This document shows positions 26,860 to 38,310 of a stretch of DNA of 64,000 bases, piece after piece. The notes beneath the pieces were generated by a model that made no database searches, was not told where the DNA came from, and worked only from the letters and a program-made list of their open reading frames with translations. A program made the position numbers and the translations under genes. Numbering within the stretch: the stretch's first letter is position 1; the number at the start of each line of letters is the position of its first letter. The DNA comes from Camelus dromedarius. Its lineage: Eukaryota. The stretch is from assembly GCF_036321535.1 (NCBI RefSeq), contig NC_087437.1:34970001-35034000 (forward strand). The letters are read 5' to 3'.

Positions 26860-27310
26860 GCACCACTTGGTCACAGACCTTGCTGAGTCCACACAGGTTT
26901 AAAATATTTGAATATGTTGCCAACAGTTAAAACTCAGGAGGTTACACACAAACGTCCAGATTTCTGCTGTCTCTTGGGAAACTGGAAAGCTAGCAGTATT
27001 GAGTCTGAACTTTGGGAAATCAGAAGTTTGTGGACCTGAACAGCAGCTGCTTTGTGTAGGTGGGACAGTTGTCCGCTATTTGCCACAGTTTCTCCCGCTC
27101 CCACATAAGCTACCAGCTATGATATGGGGCTCAAATTAGTCACAACCTAGAAATCTGTCTCCCTTTAAGTTGTTAGTTTGTGTTGTTACTGCTTTTTTGA
27201 GAGGGATGGAAAGGGGTGGTGGGGCAAAGGCCTCTAGTCACCCTGCTCTCTTCATTTATTTTTATTATCCCTCTAACTGCTCAAACTAGGCTTTTCAGTT
27301 TTCGATCCCT
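26860..27310. mobile_element. MER102-like hAT-Charlie fossil
   Basis: 'gttgccaacagttaaaactcaggagg...tccagatttctgctgtctcttgggaaactggaaag'. Confidence 0.5.
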
Positions 27311-28429
27311 GCTGTACTCCTGAGTCAAAGCTTTTTCCTAAAGTCCCTGGACCTCACCTAAGTTACTGCCCCAGCTGTAGCTCTGACCCAGCAATGACCT
27401 TAAGTTGACTTCGGGTCTGGACAGACCCCAAGGTGTTTTTCAGAAGAGGCTTGCTCCCCTCCCCCCTCACTCCTCCTCTTCTGTTCCTTTCTCCAGACTT
27501 GGAATATCTCCCCAAGAACTGGCTGCCTTCATGGGAGCCCTTTCCAGTAAGTGCATTTCCACCTGCCCCGTAGCTGTGCTGAGCTTTTCAGCTGTGCCAG
27601 CTGGGGTCCTCCTCACTTTCACACGGTGGTCCTGGCTCTGGCAGGCAGTGTGTGCTGCAGAATGAGTGGCCCTGCTGTGTTTCTGGCTGTGATGAGATGC
27701 TCTCTGTCTGACCCTCCAGGCTGCTCAGTGATGTCCTGTTCTTTGTGTTTCCCACCCCCGCCTGGTCACCGGTAGTTTATTTACCCTGGAGCTGGCGCTT
27801 ACGTCAACCCCTGCACATATCTCAGCGAGAGGGACCTGAGGCTTTCATCCTGACACGTGATGGAAAAAGCACTGAGCCGGGAGCTGGGAGATCGGGCCTC
27901 TACTCCCAGCTGCACCTTCACTGGTAGAAAGTCTATGAACCAATCACTTTCCTCTCTGGTTCTTGGATTTCTCAATTGTCAAATGAGGCCGTTACACTGT
28001 ACATGTGCTTGCTGTCCTTTTCATCCTTCTTAATAGGCACTCCACCCCATGGATAAGATGTGTTTGATTTGTGTAAGCCCCCCCCCCTTTTTCCTATTGG
28101 TCCTGATTGGAGGACCTTGATAGAAGAAAACATTCAACTTATTTAGTGCCTGCGGAATCTCTGACAATATAAAGTATGTACTCCAGAGCTGGCGTCTCTC
28201 CCGGGTGCTGACACGGGCCTGAGTGAGACCAGATCCACCATCGCGGAGGGGCTGGGCCCCAGATCTTGAGATCAAATCCTGGGCAGGCATGTGCTCTGGA
28301 GAACAACAGACAGAAAGAGATGCAGTTTAATTTCATCGGCACTTTTTGCATTTCCTGCTGGGTAGCCTGCTCCTGTTTTTGAGGTCAGAGGCCTCATTTC
28401 TCATGGGGAGGGGCAAAAGCCATGACCTC

Positions 28430-28625
28430 TGTTTGAATCACGGCTTAACCTCTATCTGCTGTGTGACCTTGAGCCATTTACCTCATGTCTCCTAGTCTGA
28501 AAAAGAGGCCAATTACCCTGCCTTCTGCATAGGTGTGTCAGGATTAAAAGAGATAATGCATGTAAAGCTCCTAGCATAGAGCCTGGCATGTATTAAGTAT
28601 CTAAAAGGTGTTATATATCTTTATC
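28430..28625 (+). mobile_element. MIR SINE
   Basis: 'gctgtgtgaccttgagccatttac...ggattaaaagagataatgcatgtaaagctcctagcatagagcctggca'. Confidence 0.8.
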
Positions 28626-29289
28626 ATTGTTAGCACGTTTTATTTCCCAAGAGCCTCCAGGCCTATCAGGGAAAATTATATTCTATCTCAGGAGTATGCA
28701 AAAAAGAAAAACATTCTCAAAAATTACTTTATGAAGATGTCTCTCCATTTAATAACTCTTGCCCTTTGCCCTCCTGGTTCCCACTGGCAACCTGAGTAGA
28801 TACATTCAGCTGTATTTAATCAAAGAACAATTAAAAGCCACTACCAGAGCTCCATTCAACCTGGAAGAATCAATTCCAAGCTAAAAGGCCTCTGCTTTAT
28901 TGTATCTTTGCATGTTGCCCATAATGTAAGCTGTAGATATTCTTAAGGCTCTTCTTTCAGTATGAGAAGAACATTTCAGTGATCATGACATTTTCGTTCC
29001 TTAAAAAAAAACTTTTTTTTGTGAACAACAAATGGAAATGTTTTATTGACTCCAGTGAGGATTTTTTCTGAATTTGTATTTATTTTCATTTACACATGTA
29101 ACACTTCAATACATTTTGGTAAAACAGTTCAAACAGTGCAAATAAAATGAAAGTGTGAAAGTCCTTCCTAACACCATTCCTTCCCCTGCCTCCCCACCCC
29201 CACCTGCCCTGTCCCCCACCAAAATTCCTCTGCCCTTCCAAGAGAAACCACTACTGTCTGCGTAGCTTTCCAGGTCCCTTTCCCCTCAG

Positions 29290-29751
29290 CTGTTAGGAAG
29301 CTGGGTTTGTATGTAAATGAGTGGGCTAGGCTTACTGATTTTCTTCTTAACCAGTGGAATAGGGCAAAAGTGATGGCATGTCATTTCCAAGATTAGGTTA
29401 CAGAAAGACTCTGGATTCTGTCTTGTTCTTTCTCATTCACTGAGCCCTGGCTTGGGGGATGCAAACTGCCACATTGTGAGGAGCCCTTTGGAGAAGCCAT
29501 GTGGCAAAAGAAATATTGATCTCTGGTCAACAGTCAGTTGATATCTGAGACCTGAAAACGAGCACAAGAGTGAGCTGGAAGCAGATGCAGTCCGACCCAG
29601 GCCCTGAGAGAGTTGTAGTTGCGGCCAACACTTTGATTGCAGCCTCCTAAGAGATTCTAAGCTGCACCTGATTCCTGACCCACAGCAGCAAGACGATAAG
29701 TGACTGTTTTAAGCTGCTGAGTTTTGGAATAATTTGTTATGCATCAGTAGA
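29290..29751 (+). mobile_element. MLT1E/F-like MaLR LTR, interrupted near its 3' end by the ERV-L
   Basis: 'gcaaaagtgatggcatgtcatttccaagattaggttac...ttttaagctgctgagttttggaataatttgttatgcatcagtaga'. Confidence 0.8.
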
Positions 29752-29836
29752 TGTGATGGTTAATTTTATGTGTCAACGTGGCTGGGCCATGGTGGACCTG
29801 TTGGTTTTATTTCACTGGAGAACCCAGACTGATGCA
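29752..29836 (+). mobile_element. ERV-L 5' LTR (MLT2), internally deleted to ~85 bp
   Basis: Starts TGTGATGGTTAATTTTATGTGTCAA and ends CTGGAGAACCCAGACTGATGCA; followed by a tRNA-Leu-type PBS 'tgataccaggagtgg'. Confidence 0.85.
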
Positions 29837-32800
29837 GAGTTTGATACCAGGAGTGGCTCTAGTGGAACAGAATGTTAAATATGAGTTTTCTTAATTGGTT
29901 CTGGGGTTTGTGGAATTGAAACCAGATTGGACTCTCTAATCTGATTAGATTAAAGACACTAATGTCTCTATTCCCAGTAGTAAAGAGAGCACTGTTAGTC
30001 CATGGCATCATCTGGAAATAGAGATATGGAAAACATCTCCATTGGATTCTCTGAATCAACCTCTTGTAAGAAACAAAGAGCTGAGTGACTGTGTATATGA
30101 TACTGTCAAACATTGTTGGAAAGCTAAAAAATATAATGAGGTTGGCTAGTTGGTTCTAATGTTTCTAGACTGGTGAAGGAAAAGTTTGAGCTCAGAGATT
30201 CAAATTCTCAATGCAAGCACCGTGTTAGTCACCTGAAAGCTTTTGTGTGTGTCCTGAAGGACCCTTACCTCCTGTAGCTGTAGGGCTGAGATTGCTTAAA
30301 ACCAAATGCAGAATCTTATTTTGTGATTGGCTAAATGACAGCACGTGATAAACTCCCAGACTCAGTAGGGTGTCTTTTGTTATAGTGAGGATGTTGCTTG
30401 GGAAAAGACTGAGATCCTATAAGCTGTAATGGGGACATGTGAGAAGACCCTGGTGATGGTGGAGACGTTGAGCCCTTAAATGCCAATGAGTCTTCTTTGC
30501 CAGTGGAAAAGGCCTCCCCACCCAATGGGAGCAGCCTCTCCACCCGTCTGAGGGGATTAACCCTGACTCCTCTGAGGAAACTGTAATGATCTCCCTGAGG
30601 CAGTTGCCAAACAGGACAAGGCTGAGTCTCCTCAGGACCCACCTCTACTACTCCTCTCTGCTTCTATACCTAGAACTAGACCCCAAACCCAGCAGCCCTA
30701 AAAGGGAGATGCGAAGTGTGACCCACGAGGAGGTGTACAGCACTTCAAAAGCACTACTTGAGTTTTACGATTTACATGGAAAGAAATCTGGAGACTGTGA
30801 GTGGGGATGGATATTGAGGTGTGGGATGTGTGGGGAAGGAGCGTAAAGTTGGATCAGGCCAAATGTGTTGATATGGGCTTTCCATTTAATCTTGAAGCTT
30901 GAGGAGTTAGGAAGGGCTCTAGAGTTTGTTAGGTTTGTTGAAGCATGGATCAGAAAGTGGCCCACAATGAGCAAATCAGAAATTAGAAATGGTAGGCAAG
31001 ACTTGGCTTAATGTAGAGGAAGGGGTTCAGAGGCTTGGGGATTTGGAGTACTAGAGTGGATTTGTCACTGAAACTCTACTTACCCACATTGTGAGGGTCC
31101 AGAAGATACACCGTTCACCACGACTGTGAGAAATAAATTTGTGAGAGGAGCCCTGGCGTCCTTGAAGTCCTCTGACTGTTCCTCTCTACAGACCAGGCCT
31201 TACAGTGGGGACTTTAGTCACTGAATGGGGAAACCTAAGTGCAGTGGGACCTGCGGATGGCAAGGGCCAAATGGCTGTGTTCAACCCCCAAAGGCTAGGC
31301 GGGCGTGGTTGCTGTAATGGGCCCCAGAGTCAAGGCAGCAATCAGAATAGTCTGATTCCCACAGCCCTGTGGCGTTGGCTGGTTGATCATGGTACTCCTG
31401 GAAATGAAATGGATAGGAAGCCAACTGAATGCTTACTTGATCTGTATAAACAGGAAAGCTCTCAGGCAAGTGAAAAATTCTAACCTGAATCCTAAGAATG
31501 AGAGTCCCAGCCCCTCAATCAGTTCTCAGACCTGAGCCAGCTTGTAGACCCAGAACCCCTTAAATAAAGGGAAGGCCAGGTGCCCTGGTACACTGTCAAA
31601 AATTGATACTGCTAATCTTTCTCTCAGCCTCCCCCAAAGCAACCTATGGCCTTTACCAGGGAAACTGTGCACTGGGGAAAAGGAAATAATTAGGGCTTTC
31701 AGGAACTGCTGGACACTGGCTCTTAACTGACACTACACTTCCTTCTCTCTCCTGGTCTGCACCTGGGGCCTCACAGGGAGTTCCCTGCAGTTGATCAGTT
31801 GACAGAGGAAGAGTGGGCTTGGGTCAGATTTACAGATGGTTCCATACAATATGCAGGCACCACGTGAAAGCAGGCAGCCGCAGCACCACAGCCCCTTTCT
31901 GGGACGGCCCTGAAGTGGAGGGAAACCCACCCTGTGGACAGATCTTTGAATGTTGCACTAAGTTGTTCACTTTGCTTGGAAGGAAAAATGGCCAGACATA
32001 TGATTATATGTATACTGGTTCATGGGCTGTGGCCAGTGGTTTTGCTGGATGGTCAGGAACTTGGAAGGAACATGATTGGAAAATTGGTGACAAGGGAATT
32101 TGGGGAAGAGGCATGTATGTAGATAGATCTCTCTAAACAGGCAAAAAACAGGGAGACATTTGAGTCCCATGTGAATGCTCACCAAAGGGTGACCTCAGCA
32201 GAGGAGGATTTTAATAATTAAGTGGATATGGAAGCCAGTCAGCCCTTTTCCCAGCCACCCCTGTCATCACTCAGTAGGCTCGTAAGCAAAGTGACTAGGG
32301 TGGCAGGGATGGAGGTTATGCACGGGCTCAGCAACATGGACTTCAGCACAACAAGGCTGACCTGACTGTGACCACCGCAGGGTGCCCAGTCTGCCAGCAG
32401 CAGAGACCAGCACTGAGTCTTAGATGTGGCACTATTCCCCAGGGTGACCTGATAGCCGATTGATTACATTGGACAGCTTCCATCATGGAAGACACAGCAT
32501 CTTGTTCTTACTGGAATAGATCCTTTCTCTGGATTTATATTTGCCTTCTCTGCACACATTGCTTTTGTCAGAACTACCATCGTACTCACAGAATACCTTA
32601 TTTACCATCGTGGTATTCTACACAGCATTGTTTCTGATCAAGGAACTCACCTCACAGCAGAAGAAATGTGGCAACGTCCCCGGGCTCATGGAATTCGCTA
32701 GCCTTACATATTCCCCACTATCCTGAAGCAACTGGCTCGACAGAATGGTGGGATGCCCTTTTGAAGTCCAGCATCAACTAGATGGCAGTACCTTACAGGG

Positions 32801-33507
32801 CTGGGCCAAGTTTCTCCAGAAGGCTGTGTATGCTGTGAATCAGCGTCCAGTTTGTGGTGCTGTTTCTCCCGTAGCTGGGATTCATGAGTCAAGGGGTGGA
32901 AATGGGAGTGGCTCTACTCACTATTACCCCTAATGACTTACTAGCAAAATTTTTGCTTCTTGTTCCCATGACTATGCTCTTCTGGCTTAGAGGTCTTAGG
33001 CCGAAGGGGAAGATGCTTCCGTCAGAAGACATAATAATGATTCCACTGAACTGGGAGTTAAAATTGCTGCCTGGCTGCTTTGGCCCCTTCATGCCTCTGA
33101 CTCAACAGGCAAAGTAATGAGTTACTGTACTGGCTGGGATGACCGATCCTGACTCCCAAGGGGAAGCTGGACATCTAGCCCACAACAGAGATATGGAAAG
33201 GTATGTCTGCAATACAGGAGATCCCTTTAGGATTATTAGTTATTACCATGCTTGTGATTAAGGTCAGTGGGAAACAACAAAAACCCAATCCAGGTAGGAC
33301 TACCAATGGCCCAGATCCTTCAGGAATGAAGGTTTGGATCACTTCCATGTGTAAAGAACCACAGCCAGGGGAGGTGCTTACTGAAGGCAAAGAGAATATA
33401 AAATGGGTAGTGGAAGAAAGTAGTTACAAGTAACAGCTGTGACCACTTGACCAGTTACAGAAATGGGGACTATAATTGTCTTGAGTATTCCTCCTTATTT
33501 CGTTATG

Positions 33508-33547
<40 letters not shown>

Positions 33548-33842
33548 TGTGTGTTTTAAAGCAAATTATCTTTTTTTCTTCCCTCTTATTCTCTTATCAT
33601 GTGACACAAGATGTATTGACTTAAATCATAATACAAAGTTACAGGATATCAAGGAGGAGAGTAAACACCACTGAGAAACATTACATGACCTCTGCTGGAA
33701 AAGGGATTAGTGTATTTCTGGTTGTACACAGAACAGTTGTTATCACTGAAGGTAGAATTAAGATCTTGCTCTTGTCTTTATTTGGGGATTATGTATGGTT
33801 TAAGAAGATGCATGTGAATGCCAAGTTGACAAGGTGTAGACT
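29837..33842 (+). mobile_element. ERV-L internal region (gag-pro-[RT deleted]-RNase H-integrase-dUTPase), pseudogenised
   Basis: Protease motif LLDTGS at 31706-31723; RNase H segment YTGSWAVASGFAGWSGTWKEHDWKIGDKGIWGRGM; integrase 'tctgatcaaggaactcac' (SDQGTH); dUTPase-like MIPLNWELKLLPGCFG; no env; many stops and frameshifts. Confidence 0.92.
33511..33552. repeat. (TG)n microsatellite within the ERV-L 3' region
   Basis: Direct observation. Confidence 0.95.
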
Positions 33843-34907
33843 TGTGATGGTTAATTGTATGTGTCAAGAATATATAGGATGCCCAGATATTTGGTTAAAC
33901 ATTCTGTGAATGAAAACTATTGCCTGCCATACGGTAAACAGAGAATGTTGCATCCGTCAAGCCATCACATTGTAGCTGCTCCCAACTGTGAGCCCTGAGG
34001 GAACTCCAGATAGGAACAGGATGCCTGCCATCAAGCTCTCAGCCACTGCAACCACTCCCAGCTGTGCACCCTGAGGATACTGGGGATGGGAAAGGACAGG
34101 ACACTGGCTGTAGATAGCTAAGGTGCATATCAAAGGAATGACTTCAGTGAGCCCAGACTCTTGTATCTTCCCAAACAGAAATGCGCTAAATTCCTTACCT
34201 TGAGATATCTGGTTTTCTTTAATGAATGGTAATTTTTTGATGTTCTTACTACCTGGTCTTTGTTGCAAAAACTCCTGCATATCCTGGCTCCTCCTTTACC
34301 TCTTTGGAGCAGTCCCTTAGAGCTATCTGAGAGGCAGCATCTGGGCTTGAAGTCCTCAGAGTGTGCACCAAATAAAACATAATTCTCAACTTTTAGGTTG
34401 TGCATTTTTTCCCAGTCAATAATTATTTCTGAATGTGAGTGTGAGGGCGTTTCTGGATGAAATTAACATCTGAATCAGTAGACTGAGTAAGGCAGATCTC
34501 CCTCCCCAGTGTGGGTGGGTTTCATCTGACCCATTGAAGGCCTGAGTAGAATAAAAAGCTGAGGACAAAAGAATTCTCTCCGCCTGACTATCTTCAAGCT
34601 GGGACATTAGTTTTCTCCTTCCTTTGAACTCATAACTTGGACTTGAACTTATACTGTCAGTTCTCCTGATTTTAAGGCCTTTGTACTTGGGCTGAACTTG
34701 CACTTGTAGGCTCTTTGCTAACTGCAGATCATGGACTTCTCAGCCTCCGTAGTTGAGTGAGTCAATTCCTTATAATAAATCCCTTTCTCACTATGTGTAG
34801 AGACAGACAGAGATAGAGATAGAGGTATATGTATCTATGTGTTTATATAGAGAATATATATTTTTGGCTCCTCTTTCTGGAGAACCCAGACTCTACTAAA
34901 TAATACA
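33843..34907 (+). mobile_element. ERV-L 3' LTR (MLT2), split by an inserted LTR at 33905-34421
   Basis: Starts TGTGATGGTTAATTGTATGTGTCAA, resumes at 'tgtgagggcgtttctggatgaaattaacatctgaatcagtagactgagtaaggcagat', and shares CTGGAGAACCCAGACT with the 5' LTR. Confidence 0.88.
33905..34421 (+). mobile_element. ERV1-type solo LTR inserted in MLT2
   Basis: TG start, AATAAA at ~34371, 'gtcaata' end; 4-bp flanks ATTC/ATTA; interrupts contiguous MLT2 sequence. Confidence 0.75.
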
Positions 34908-35183
34908 CTCCTTTCATAAACTACTTGGTCAGGGAGAGCTTTACCTGTCATACATTTACATGAGCCTCATTCTTTATAACTGCTGCATAGTATCCCTAGT
35001 TCTGTGGTATTTCTAACCATTTCCTTCTTGATGGGGCTTTAAGTTCTTTCTGTGTTCTAACCTGAGAATAGCAGCTCAGGGCATCATGGCAGAGTGGGTT
35101 GATTCCATGATAGACTGAGAATTGCTGGGTCAGCTCCTGGCCATGGGGTGAAGCACACATGAGAAGAAGATGGAAGTCTCTTC

Positions 35184-35747
35184 TGATGCAGGAAAACAGA
35201 TGTTGAGCCCCTGGGATGTGCCCCGTCAAGTGTGGATCCTTGGCTTCGCGCAGAAAAGAATTCAAGAGCGAGCCACAGTTGAGTGAAGGTAGATTTATTC
35301 AGAGAGATACATTGAAAGGCAAGAGAAAGGCCACGAGGTGTGGGGGTTGGGTGCTCAGATTAAAAGTAGGTACACATTCCATAGACAGAATACAGGCCAT
35401 ATCTGAAGAGGGAGAGAGAGGGGTGGCCGCGGTGCACCGTGTTGCTGGTTTTTATGGGCTTCGTGGCTTCATATGCTAATAAGTAGAAGGACCAGTCTAA
35501 GGGGAAGGGGCTGGGATTCCCAGGAATTTGGCCATTTCCCACTCTTTGACCTTTTGTGGCTAACCTTGGGACTGCCACGGTGCCTGTGGGCGTGTTATTC
35601 ACCACGTTAATATATTACAATGGGCATATAATCTCTCAGCATCCTGAGCCTCAAGGCCTACTGAGGGTTGAATCTTTCACCATTTTGATGTTAATTGCTG
35701 TGGCATTCCTTGAATGGCTGTGCCCTGCCCCCTTCCATCCTGTCTCA
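35184..35747 (-). mobile_element. ERV1-type solo LTR (564 bp), antisense
   Basis: TG...CA termini, perfect 4-bp TSD CTTC (35180-35183, 35748-35751), AATAAA on minus at ~35293, retained CpGs. Confidence 0.85.
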
Positions 35748-36103
35748 CTTCCACAGTGAGGATTTGCTCATCCTGTACCACAGACCCTAGGAAAACAGCT
35801 TCCATTCTTGTGGCTTTGTGACCTTATTTTGCCCATGTCAAAGGTCATTATTAAAAAAGCAAAATAAAACAAAAAGCTTTCTACCTGTTGCCATCTTCGT
35901 TTTCTTAAAAACTATTTTAACATAAAAGCACAGAGACAACCTTAGAATAATGGATGGTCAAATTGGATAAATGCAACTTTATTCAAAGTTCAGTGCACTG
36001 TCATTTTTCTCTCTTTGTGTCAGCAGGTGAAAACTTTCTCATTCGCCTGTTTCAGTTTCTATCTTCACTAGAAGCAACTGCCTTAATATTCTTCTGACTT
36101 CTA

Positions 36104-36134
36104 GTGCTTACTTCAGCAACACATATACTAAAAT
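36104..36134 (+). pseudogene. RNU6: U6 snRNA 5' fragment retrocopy (nt 1-31), tailless
   Basis: GTGCTTACTTCAGCAACACATATACTAAAAT vs U6 GTGCTCGCTTCGGCAGCACATATACTAAAAT (27/31; 3 of 4 changes at CpG); perfect 19-bp TSD AATATTCTTCTGACTTCTA at 36085-36103 and 36132-36150. Confidence 0.93.
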
Positions 36135-36789
36135 ATTCTTCTGACTTCTAAATGAACAAAGAATTGGAAAGAAAGCTAAAGTGAGAGCTTCTTGGTTTCT
36201 GACAGAGTGGGAGAGCACAATCTAATAAAAGATGGGTTCAGAATATTTCCTTGGACCCTGACCTAGGAAGTGATTCTAGGATGAGTTGGAGAGAATTCAA
36301 ACCTTAGTTCTTGAGATCTCAACCCAAAGGAGGCCTGGGATGGAAAGATGAGCATGATGTGGGTGTGGGGTTTTCTAAGAGACTGCAGACACGTTGGAAA
36401 TGAAAGGTGGTGTGACCCACCTGGAAGTCAAAGAGCATCTGTAAAACAATTCAAGGCGCTAGAATGACCTGTTTAGAGAATGACAGGAGTCTATTAAATC
36501 ATCTTTATTCTGCTTTCTTTAACACATTTTCCCACAAAAAAACTGTGAGAAAATAATACCAAGTTTATGTGAAATGAAAAAAATTGGCAATTGTTTTTTG
36601 AAATAAAATTGCCACTTCTATTGGTTTTAGCAGCTGTACTGTTTTAAACACAAGGAGAGAAAGGGGAAGAATGCTAGCCCTGTAGAAAAGTGGGCATGAA
36701 AAATAAAAGAATGGAGAGGTGCTTTCTGTGGTCAGAAAAGTCCCTGGAGCATTCGAAGCTGGGGCAACAGTTCAGCCAGAGCTGTGGTT

Positions 36790-37010
36790 CCTCCCACTCT
36801 AATCACACTCTGGATGCAGGCTGGACACCTGGGATTCACAGTCAGCTCTGCTCTGCCACCCTCAGGGGGAAACCTTGGACCAACCGTCTTGTCTCACTGA
36901 TCCTTTGTTCATGCCTCTAAAAAACTGGGGTAACATGATGGCCTTATGTGACAAGAGAATAAGGTAGAATCCCTCTGAAAATTATGAAGTGTTCTACAAA
37001 TTGTACTATT
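36790..37010 (+). mobile_element. MIR SINE
   Basis: 'acacctgggattcacagtcagctctgctctgccac...aaccttggac...cctctaaaaaactgggg'. Confidence 0.55.
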
Positions 37011-37861
37011 TACAAAATCCAGAAAGTGAGGGGTCGGGTGAGGGGTGAGCCAAAGCTAGGTCACATGATGACTTTGTGCCAATTAGAAGAAGTCGCCCCT
37101 TTGATGGACACGACCCAGTGCCAGGACACACGGCTCAGCTGGTGGAACTTGGGCTGGATTTCAGCCCTAATGTGTCTCCTCATTGGCATGCCGGTGTGCA
37201 GTGAACTGTCTGCAGAGCTGCATGTGGCAGCCCCGTAGGTCAGGGCCATTTGTTTTGGGCCTCAGATTCAAGGGAGTGTCAAATTGTGACTTCTGGTCAG
37301 TAGAAGTGTGTGCATGGGCTTGAGATGAAACTGAGCCGCAGATGATGGTTTTAAATGGTATCTGTCTAGCTAAACCCAGGGGTAAGTGGGCTCACATGCT
37401 AAAGCTGCTTGCGCCTCCCTGGGACTTTTGTAGAGTCTAATTATTTAGCAAACTTAAAAAAATAAGGTGATACTCAGCTTCATTAAAACTCATTGGTTGA
37501 GTAGCTGCCTTAGCAATTTTTAGATGTGGGACAAATAAGAGAATAATTGCATACAGACACAAATCCATTATGCGGTGTTCACCCTTGGACAGCATCTCAT
37601 TTCACCCTATTTAAAACCATCCTCAATCCTGGACTCAGGATTCTGGCCCCTACCTTCCTCGTTGTTGGCTCAATTTGCCCCAGTCATGCTGGCCTTCTTT
37701 CCTTCTGTTAAACATACCAAATTCATCCTACCTCTGGACTCTCTGCATTTGCTGTGCCTTCTGCCCAAAATGCTTTCCTTCCAGATTTTTGCATACTTCA
37801 CTTCTTTCTAACATTCAGCTTTCTCTTGAAAGATGTCTTCAGAGAGACATCTGAAATAATT

Positions 37862-38130
37862 ATGTTGCTTCTAAGCTGCACTTTTATTTATTTATTTTTA
37901 ACATTTTAACCTCTCTGAACCTGAGATGCATTAGCAATTGCTAGGGCCTTATGATTGTGATTAACCAGACAGCAGGCATGACGTGGTTGTCATTGCTTGT
38001 GCAAATACAAAATTGGATATTATTCCTGGTGGACCTACTGGACAACTGCCTCCCCTTGACAATTCAGTCATCAAGTCAGGGATACCAGATACTGGAGCTT
38101 GGATAGCTAAGAAAGAAGACTTAAAATGGT
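37862..38130 (+). mobile_element. Tc2/Kanga (MER104-like) DNA transposon fossil with transposase remnant
   Basis: MER104/Kanga-like end 'ttctaagctgcac...acattttaacctctctgaacctgagatgcat'; ORF 37983-38174 contains IIPGGPTGQLPPLDNSV, resembling the pogo/Tc2 IPGGxTxxLQPLD motif. Confidence 0.65.
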
Positions 38131-38160
38131 ATTTTAAAGATCCAGCTCTGCTTCAGGATA

Positions 38161-38310
38161 ATTTTTTTTTCTAGACTTCATATTTTAGAGAAGGTTTAGG
38201 TTCACAGCAAAATTGAGAGGAAGGCATATAGATTTCTCATATATCCCCTTGCCCCACCCATGTACAGCCTCCCTCATGATCAACATCCCCAACCAGAGTG
38301 GCACATTTAT
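38161..38310 (-). mobile_element. L1MC-like 3' end, antisense
   Basis: 'ttttagagaaggtttaggttcacagcaaaattgagaggaagg...caacatccccaaccagagtggcacattt'. Confidence 0.8.

Noticed and set aside
30331..33433. Domesticated retroviral gene in the ERV-L
   Set aside because: All gag/pol frames are broken into ORFs of about 107 aa or less, with a stop directly after the protease motif and RT missing.
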